From Eledone cirrhosa (Eukaryota), in the NCBI GenBank assembly GCA_964016885.1, contig OZ024755.1, positions 41,168,001 to 41,232,000 of the forward strand: a stretch of 64,000 bases of DNA, given 5' to 3'. Shown piece after piece: positions 54,601-64,000 of the stretch; positions within the stretch are counted from its first letter, which is position 1; each line of letters opens with the position of its first letter. A model generated the notes under the pieces. The model was not told where the DNA came from. It saw only the letters and a list, made by a program, of their open reading frames with translations, and did no database searches. The translations under genes were made by a program, and so were the position numbers.

Positions 54601-57600
54601 CCAGTCTGTCAGATTCCATGGTGATCCCTGTTCTTTATGTCCTGTCTGTCAGATTCCATGGTGATCCCTGTTCTCTACGTCCAGCCTGTCAGATTCCATG
54701 GTGATCCCTGTTCTCTATGTCCAGTCTGTCAGATTCCATGGTGATCCCTGTTCTCTATGTCCTGTCTGTCAGATTCCATGGTGATCCCTGTTCTCTATGT
54801 CCTGTCTGTCAGATTCCATGGTGATCCCTGTTCTCTACGTCCAGCCTGTCAGATTCCATGGTGATCCCTGTTCTCTATGTCCTGTCTGTCAGATTCCAAG
54901 GTGATCCCTGTTCTCTATGTCCTGTCTGTCAGATTCCATGGTGATCCCTGTTCTCTACGTCCAGCCTGTCAGATTCCATGGTGATCCCTGTTCTCTATGT
55001 CCTGTCTGTCAGATTCCATGGTGATCCCTGTTCTCTATGTCCAGCCTGTCAGATTCCATGGTGATCCCTGTTCTCTACGTCCAGCCTGTCAGATTCCATG
55101 GTGATCCCTGTTCTCTATGTCCTGTCTGTCAGATTCCATGGTGATCCCTGTTCTCTATGTCCTGTCTGTCAGATTCCATGGTGATCCCTGTTCTCTATGT
55201 CCTGTCTGTCAGATTCCATAGTGATCCCTGTTCTCTACGTCCAGCCTGTCAGATTCCATGGTGATCCCTTTTCTCTATGTCATGTCTGTCAGATTCCATG
55301 GTGATCCCTGTTCTCTATGTCCAGCCTGTCAGATTCCATGGTGATCCCTGTTCTCTATGTCCTGTCTGTCAGATTCCATGGTGATCCCTGTTCTCTATGT
55401 CCTGTCTGTCAGATTCCATGGTGATCCCTGTTCTCTATGTCCTGTCTGTCAGATTCCATGGTGATCCCTGTTCTCTACGTCCAGTCTGTCAGATTCCATG
55501 GTGATCCCTGTTCTCTATGTCCAGTCTGTCAGATTCCATGGTGATCCCTGTTCTCTATGTCCTGTCTGTCAGATTCCATGGTGATCCCTGTTCTCTATGT
55601 CCAGTCTGTCAGATTCCATGGTGATCCCTGTTCTCTATGTCCTGTCTGTCAGATTCCATGGTGATCCCTGTTCTCTACGTCCAGCCTGTCAGATTTCATG
55701 ATGATCCCTGTTCTCTATGTCCAGTCTGTCAGATTCCATGGTGATCCCTGTTCTCTATGTCCTGTCTGTCAGATTCCATGGTGATCCCTGTTCTCTATGT
55801 CCTGTCTGTCAGATTCCATGGTGATCCCTGTTCTCTACGTCCAGCCTGTCAGATTCCATGGTGATCCCTGTTCTCTACGTCCAGTCTGTCAGATTCGATG
55901 GTGATCCCTGTTCACTACGTCCAGTCTGTCAGATTCGATGGTGATCCCTGTTCTCTACGTCCAGTCTGTCAGATTCGATGGTGATCCCTGTTCTCTACGT
56001 CCAGTCTGTCAGATTCCATGGTGATCTCTGTTCTCTACGTCCAGTCTGTCAGATTCGATGGTGATCCCTGTTCTCTACGTCCAGTCTGTCAGATTCGATG
56101 GTGATCCCTGTTCTCTACGTCCAGTCTGTCAGATTCGATGGTGATCCCTGTTCCCTACGTCCAGTCTGTCAGATTCGATGGTGATCCCTGTTCTCTACGT
56201 CCAGTCTGTCAGATTCGATGGTGCTCCCTGTTCTCTACGTCCAGTCTGTCAGATTCGATGGTGATCCCTGTTCTCTATGTCCTGTCTGTCAGATTCCATG
56301 GTGATCCCTGTTCTCTATGTCCAGTCTGTCAGATTCCATGGTGATCCCTGTTCTCTATGTCCAGTCTGTCAGATTCCATGGTGATCCCTATTCTCTATGG
56401 CCAGCCTGTCAGATTCCATGGTGATCCCTATTCTCTACGTCCAGTCTGTCAGATTCCATGGTAATCCCTGTTCTCTATGTCCAGTCTGTCAGATTCCATG
56501 GTGATCCCTGTTCTCTACGTCCAGTCTGTCAGATTCCATGGTGATCCCTATTCTCTATGGACAGTCTGTCAGATTCCATGGTGATCCCTGTTCTCTATGT
56601 CCTGTCTGTCAAATTCCATGGTGATCCCTATTCTCTATGGCCAGTCTGTCAGTTTCCATGGTGATCCCTGTTCTCTATGTCCAGCCTGTCAGATTACATG
56701 GTGATCCCTGTTCTCTATGTCCAGTCTGTCAGATTCCATGGTGATCCTTGTTCTCTATGTCCAGTCTGTCAGATTCCATGGTGATCCCTGTTCTCTATGT
56801 CCAGCCTGTCAGATTCCATGTTGATCCCTGTTCTCTACGTCCAGTCTGTCAGATTCCATGGTGATCCCTGTTCTCTATGTGCTGTCTGTCAGATTCCATG
56901 GTGATCCCTGTTCTCTATGTCCAGTCTGTCAGATTCCATGGTGATCCCTGTTCTCTACGTCCAGTCTGTCAGATTCCATGGTGATCCCTGTTCTCTATGT
57001 CCTGTCTGTCAGATTCCATGGTGATCCCTGTTCTCTATGTCCAGTCTGTCGGATTCCATGGTGATCCCTGTTCTCTACGTCCAGTCTGTCAGATTCCATG
57101 GTGATCCCTGTTCTCTATGTCCTGTCTGTCACATTCCATGGTGATCCCTATTCCCTATGGCCAGTCTGTCAGATTCCATGGTGATCCCTGTTCTCTATGT
57201 CCAGTCTGTCAGATTCCATGGTGATCCCTGTTCTCTATGTCCTGTCTGTCACATTCCATGGTGATCCCTATTCTCTATGGCCAGTCTGTCAGATTCCATG
57301 GTGATCCCTGTTCTCTATGTCCAGTCTGTCAGATTCCATGGTGATCCCTGTTCTCTATGTCCAGTCTGTCAGATTCCATGGTGATCCCTGTTCTCTATGT
57401 CCAGGCTGTCAGATTCGATGGTGATCCCTGTTCTCTATGTCCAGCCTGTCAGATTCGATGGTGATCCCTGTTCTCTACGTCCAGTCTGTCAGATTCGATG
57501 GTGATCCCTGTCCTCTATGTCCTGTCTGTCAGATTCGATGGTGATCCCTGTTCTCTATGTCCTGTCTGTCAGATTCGATGGTGATCCCTGTTCTCTATGT

Positions 57601-60600
57601 CCTGTCTGTCAGATTCGATGGTGATCCCTGTTCTCTATGTCCAGCCTGTCAGATTCCATGGTGATCCCTGTTCTCTATGTCCAGTCTGTCAGATTCGATG
57701 GTGATCCCTGTTCTCTACGCCCAGTCTGTCAGATTCGATGGTGATCCCTGTTCTCTACGTCCAGCCCGTCAGATTCGATGGTGATCCCTGTTCTCTACGT
57801 CCAGTCTGTCAGATTCGATGGTGATCCCTGTTCACTACGTCCAGTCTGTCAGATTCGATGGTGATCCCTGTTCTCTACGTCCAGTCTGTCAGATTCCATG
57901 GTGATCCCTGTTCTCTATGTCCTGTCTGTCAGATTCGATGGTGATCCCTGTTCTCTTCGTCCTGTCTGTCAGATTCGATGGTGATCCCTGTTCTCTATGT
58001 CATGTCTGTCAGATTCGATGGTGATCCCTGTTCTCTATGTCCTGTCTGTCAGATTCCATGGTGATCCCTGTTCTCTATGTCCTGTCTGTCAGATTCGATG
58101 GTGATCCCTGTTCTCTACGTCCAGTCTGTCAGATTCCGTGGTGATCCCTGTTCTCTATGTCCTGTCTGTCAGATTCGATGGTGATCCCTGTTCTCTTCGT
58201 CCTGTCTGTCAGATTCGATGGTGATCCCTGTTCTCTATGTCATGTCTGTCAGATTCGATGGTGATCCCTGTTCTCTATGTCCTGTCTGTCAGATTCCATG
58301 GTGATCCCTGTTCTCTATGTCCTGTCTGTCAGATTCGATGGTGATCCCTGTTCTCTATGTCCTGTCTGTCAGATTCGATGGTGATCCCTGTTCTCTATGT
58401 CCTGTCTGTCAGATTCCATGGTGATCCCTGTTCTCTATGTCCTGTCTGTCAGATTCGATGGTGATCCCTGTTCTCTACGTCCAGTCTGTCAGATTCGATG
58501 GTGATCCCTGTTCTCTATGTCCTGTCTGTCAGATTCCATGGTGATCCCTGTTCTCTATGTCCTGTCTGTCAGATTCGATGGTGATCCCTGTTCTCTATGT
58601 CCTGTCTTTCAGATTCGATGGTGATCCCTGTTCTCTATGTCCTGTCTGTCAGATTCGATGGTGATCCCTGTTCTCTACGTCCTGTCTGTCAGATTCGATG
58701 GTGATCCCTGTTCTCTATGTCCTGTCTGTCACATTCGATGGTGATCCCTGTTCTCTACGTCCAATCTGTCAGATTCGATGGTGATCCCTGTTCTCTATGT
58801 CCTGTCTGTCAGATTCGATGGTGATCCCTGTTCTCTACGTCCAGTCTGTCAGATTCCATGGTGATCCCTGTTCTCTATGTCCAGTCTGTCAGATTCGATG
58901 GTGATCCCTGTTCTCTACGTCCAGTCTGTCAGATTCCATGGTGATCCCTGTTCTCTATGTCCAGTCTGTCAGATTCCATGGTGATCCCTGTTCTCTATGT
59001 CCTGTCTGTCAGATTCGATGGTGATCCCTGTTCTCTATGTCCTGTCTGTCAGATTCGATGGTGATCCCTGTTCTCTACGTCCAGTCTGTCAGATCCGATG
59101 GTGATCCCTGTTCTCTATGTCCTGTCTGTCAGATTCGATGGTGATCCCTGTTCTCTACGTCCAGTCTGTCAGATTCCATGGTGATCCCTGTTCTCTATGT
59201 CCAGTCTGTCAGATTCCATGGTGATCCCTGTTCTCTACGTCCTGTCTGTCAGATTCGATGGTGATCCCTGTTCTCTACGTCCAGTCTGTCAGATTCCATG
59301 GTGATCCCTGTTCTCTATGTCCAGTCTGTCAGATTCCATGGTGATCCCTGTTCTCTACGTCCAGTCTGTCAGATTCCATGGTGATCCCTGTTCTCTATGT
59401 CCTGTCTGTCAGATTCCATGGTGATCCCTGTTCTCTACGTCCAGTCTGTCAGATTCCATGGTGATCCCTGTTCTCTACGTCCAGTCTGTCAGATTCCATG
59501 GTGATCCCTGTTCTCTACGTCCAGTCTGTCAGATTCCATGGTGATCCCTGTTCTCTACGTCCAGTCTGTCAGATTCCATGGTGATCCCTGTTCTCTACGT
59601 CCAGTCTGTCAGATTCCATGGTGATCCCTGTTCTCTACGTCCTGTCTGTCAGATTCGATGGTGATCCCTGTTCTCTACGTCCAGTCTGTCAGATTCCATG
59701 GTGATCCCTGTTCTCTATGTCCAGTCTGTCAGATTCCATGGTGATCCCTGTTCTCTACGTCCAGTCTGTCAGATTCCATGGTGATCCCTGTTCTCTATGT
59801 CCTGTCTGTCAGATTCCATGGTGATCCCTGTTCTCTACGTCCAGTCTGTCAGATTCCATGGTGATCCCTGTTCTCTACGTCCAGTCTGTCAGATTCCATG
59901 GTGATCCCTGTTCTCTACGTCCAGTCTGTCAGATTCCATGGTGATCCCTGTTCTCTACGTCCAGTCTGTCAGATTCCATGGTGATCCCTGTTCTCTACGT
60001 CCAGTCTGTCAGATTCCATGGTGATCCCTGTTCTCTACGTCCAGTCTGTCAGATTCCATGGTGATCCCTGTTCTCTATGTCCAGTCTGTCAGATTCCATG
60101 GTGATCCCTGTTCTCTACGTCCAGTCTGTCAGATTCCATGGTGATCCCTGTTCTCTATGTCCTGTCTGTCAGATTCGATGGTGATCCCTGTTATCTACGT
60201 CCTGTCTGTCAGATTCGATGGTGATCCCTGTTCTCTACGTCCAGTCTGTCAGATTCGATGGTGATCCCTGTTCTCTACGTCCTGTCTGTCAGATTCGATG
60301 GTGATCCCTGTTCTCTACGTCCAGTCTGTCAGATTCGATGGTGATCCCTGTTCTCTACGTCCTGTCTGTCAGATTCGATGGTGATCCCTGTTATCTACGT
60401 CCTGTCTGTCAGATTCGATGGTGATCCCTGTTATCTACGTCCTGTCTGTCAGATTCGATGGTGATCCCTGTTCTCTACGTCCAGTCTGTCAGATTCGATG
60501 GTGATCCCTGTTCTCTACGTCCTGTCTGTCAGATTCGATGGTGATCCCTGTTATCTACGTCCTGTCTGTCAGATTCGATGGTGATCCCTGTTATCTACGT

Positions 60601-63600
60601 CCTGTCTGTCAGATTCGATGGTGATCCCTGTTCTCTACGTCCAGTCTGTCAGATTCGATGGTGATTCCTGTTCTCTTCGTCCTGTCTGTCAGATTCGATG
60701 ATGATCCCTGTTCTCTATGTCCTGTCTGTCAGATTCGATGGTGATCCCTGTTCTCTATGTCCTGTCTGTCAGATTCGATGGTGATCCCTGTTCTCTATGT
60801 CCTGTCTGTCAGATTCGATGGTGATCCCTGTTCTCTATGTCCTGTCTGTCAGATTCGATGGTGATCCCTGTTCTCTATGTCCTGTCTGTCAGATTCCATG
60901 GTGATCCCTGTTCTCTATGTCCTGTCTGTCAGATTCGATGGTGATCCCTGTTCTCTATGTCCTGTCTGTCAGATTCCATGGTGATCCCTGTTCTCTATGT
61001 CCTGTCTGTCAGATTCGATGGTGATCCCTGTTCTCTATGTCCTGTCTGTCAGATTCGATGGTGATCCCTGTTCTCTATGTCCTGTCTGTCAGATTCCATG
61101 GTGATCCCTGTTCTCTATGTCCTGTCTGTCAGATTCGATGGTGATCCCTGTTCTCTATGTCCTGTCTGTCAGATTCGATCGTGATCCCTGTTCTCTATGT
61201 CCTGTCTGTCAGATTCCATGGTGATCCCTGTTCTCTATGTCCTGTCTGTCAGATTCGATGGTGATCCCTGTTCTCTACGTCCAGTCTGTCAGATTCGATG
61301 GTGATCCCTGTTCTCTATGTCCTGTCTGTCAGATTCCATGGTGATCGCTGTTCTCTATGTCCTGTCTGTCACATTCCATGGTGATCCCTATTCTCTATGG
61401 CCAGTCTGTCAGATTCCATGGTGATCCCTGTTCTCTATGTCCAGTCTGTCAGATTCCATGGTGATCCCTGTTTTCTATGTCCAGTCTGTCAGATTCCATG
61501 GTGATCCCTGTTCTCTATGTCCAGTCTGTCAGATTCCATGGTGATCTCTGTTCTCTATGTCCAGCCTGTCAGATTCCATGTTGATCCCTGTTCTCTACGT
61601 CCAGTCTGTCAGATTCCATGGTGATCCCTGTTCTCTATGTCCTGTCTGTCAGATTCCATGGTGATCCCTGTTCTCTATGTCCAGTCTGTCAGATTCCATG
61701 GTGATCCCTGTTCTCTACGTCCAGTCTGTCAGATTCCATGGTGATCCCTGTTCTCTATGTCCTGTCTGTCAGATTCCATGGTGATCCCTGTTCTCTATGT
61801 ACAGTCTGTCGGATTCCATGGTGATCCCTGTTCTCTACGTCCAGTCTGTCAGATTCCATGGTGATCCCTGTTCTCTATGTCCTGTCTGTCACATTCCATG
61901 GTGATCCCTATTCCCTATGGCCAGTCTGTCAGATTCCATGGTGATCCCTGTTCTCTATGTCCTGTCTGTCACATTCCATGGTGATCCCTATTCTCTATGG
62001 CCAGTCTGTCAGATTCCATGGTGATCCCTGTTCTCTATGTCCAGTCTGTCAGATTCCATGGTGATCCCTGTTCTCTATGTCCAGTCTGTCAGATTCCATG
62101 GTGATCCCTGTTCTCTATATCCAGCCTGTCAGATTCGATGGTGATCCCTGTTCTCTATGTCCAGCCTGTCAGATTCGATGGTGATCCCTGTTCTCTACGT
62201 CCAGTCTGTCAGATTCGATGGTGATCCCTGTTCTCTATGTCCTGTCTGTCAGATTCGATGGTGATCCCTGTTCTCTACGTCCAGTCTGTCAGATTCGATG
62301 GTGATGCCTGTTCTCTATGTCCAGTCTGTCAGATTCCATGGTGATCCCTGTTCTCTATGTCCAGCCTGTCAGATTCCATGGTGATCCCTGTTCTCTATGT
62401 CCTGTCTGTCACATTCCGTGGTGATCCCTATTCTCTATGGCCAGTCTGTCAGATTCCATGGTGATCCCTGTTCTCTATGTCCTGTCTGTCAGATTCGATG
62501 GTGATCCCTGTTCTCTATGTCCAGCCTGTCAGATTCGATGGTGATCCCTGTTCTCTACGTCCAGTCTGTCAGATTCGATGGTGATCCCTGTTCACTACGT
62601 CCAGTCTGTCAGATTCGATGGTGATCCCTGTTCTCTACGTCCAGTCTGTCAGATTCGATGGTGATCCCTGTTCTCTATGTCCTGTCTGTCAGATTCCATG
62701 GTGATCCCTGTACTCTACATCCAGTCTGTCAGATTCGATGGTGATCCCTGTTCTCTACGTCCAGTCTGTCAGATTCGATGGTGATCCCTGTTCTCTACGT
62801 CCAGTCTGTCAGATTCGATGGTGATCCCTGTTCTCTACGTCCAGTCTGTCAGATTCGATGGTGATCCCTGTTCCCTACGTCCAGTCTGTCAGATTCGATG
62901 GTGATCCCTGTTCTCTACGTCCAGTCTGTCAGATTCGATGGTGCTCCCTGTTCTCTACGTCCAGTCTGTCAGATTCGATGGTGATCCCTGTTCTCTGTGT
63001 CCTGTCTGTCAGATTCCATGGTGATCCCTGTTCTCTATGTCCTGTCTGTCAGATTCCATGGTGATCCCTGTTCTCTACGTCCAGTCTGTCAGATTCCATG
63101 GTGATCCCTGTTCTCTATGTCCAGTCTGTCAGATTCCATGGTGATCCCTGTTCTCTATGTCCTGTCTGTCAGATTCCATGGTGATCCCTGTTCTCTATGT
63201 CCAGTCTGTCAGATTCCATGGTGATCCCTGTTCTCTATGTCCTGTCTGTCAGATTCCATGGTGATCCCTGTTCTCTACGTCCAGCCTGTCAGATTTCATG
63301 ATGATCCCTGTTCTCTATGTCCAGTCTGTCAGATTCCATGGTGATCCCTGTTCTCTATGTCCTGTCTGTCAGATTCCATGGTGATCCCTGTTCTCTATGT
63401 CCTGTCTGTCAGATTCCATGGTGATCCCTGTTCTCTACGTCCAGCCTGTCAGATTCCATGGTGATCCCTGTTCTCTACGTCCAGTCTGTCAGATTCGATG
63501 GTGATCCCTGTTCACTACGTCCAGTCTGTCAGATTCGATGGTGATCCCTGTTCTCTACGTCCAGTCTGTCAGATTCGATGGTGATCCCTGTTCTCTATGT

Positions 63601-64000
63601 CCTGTCTGTCAGATTCCATGGTGATCCCTGTTCTCTACGTCCAGTCTGTCAGATTCGATGGTGATCTCTGTTCTCTACGTCCAGTCTGTCAGATTCGATG
63701 GTGATCCCTGTTCTCTACGTCCAGTCTGTCAGATTCGATGGTGATCCCTGTTCTCTACGTCCAGTCTGTCAGATTCGATGGTGATCCCTGTTCCCTACGT
63801 CCAGTCTGTCAGATTCGATGGTGATCCCTGTTCTCTACGTCCAGTCTGTCAGATTCGATGGTGCTCCCTGTTCTCTACGTCCAGTCTGTCAGATTCGATG
63901 GTGATCCCTGTTCTCTATGTCCTGTCTGTCAGATTCCATGGTGATCCCTGTTCTCTATGTCCAGTCTGTCAGATTCCATGGTGATCCCTGTTCTCTATGT
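48688..64000. repeat. 40-bp satellite array, at least 382 copies (AGATTCCATGGTGATCCCTGTTCTCTAYGTCCWGYCTGTC)
   Basis: Unit register is unchanged from 48691 to 63971 (15280 = 382 x 40); substitution variants only. Confidence 0.99.

Noticed and set aside
48688-64000. CRISPR array or coding tandem repeat
   Set aside because: No spacers. The 40-bp unit contains stop triplets on both strands that hit every frame within three units; the short ORFs arise only where a variant removes the TGA.

Overview
Repeat-saturated eukaryotic (metazoan) DNA. The tRNA-derived SINE families resemble those I recall from octopus/coleoid cephalopods, so that origin is inferred, not proven. Most ORF-track entries are microsatellite translations. 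Three canonical + strand exons absent from the ORF track (8556-8766, 35026-35073, 47088-47229) splice in frame into the N-terminus of a secreted protein: signal peptide MFGTLALFAILSGASG followed by a divergent SRCR-like domain. If so, almost everything from 8.8 kb onward is intronic. The introns and upstream DNA hold Penelope-like elements (PLEs, RT plus C-terminal GIY-YIG) of several families inserted into (TA)n tracts. One forms a 6.46-kb near-perfect palindrome (two 3200-bp arms, 56-bp loop). About 20 hammerhead ribozyme (HHR) motifs of several architectures occur in PLE ends. Also present: R4/Dong-, Tx1-, RTE- and CR1-like LINE fragments (one RTE-like copy with a twin-priming-type 5' inversion), SINEs, a pogo/Tigger-like MITE, a complex local 6-kb duplication, two minisatellites, and a 40-bp satellite of at least 15.3 kb with nested higher-order duplications running off the right end.
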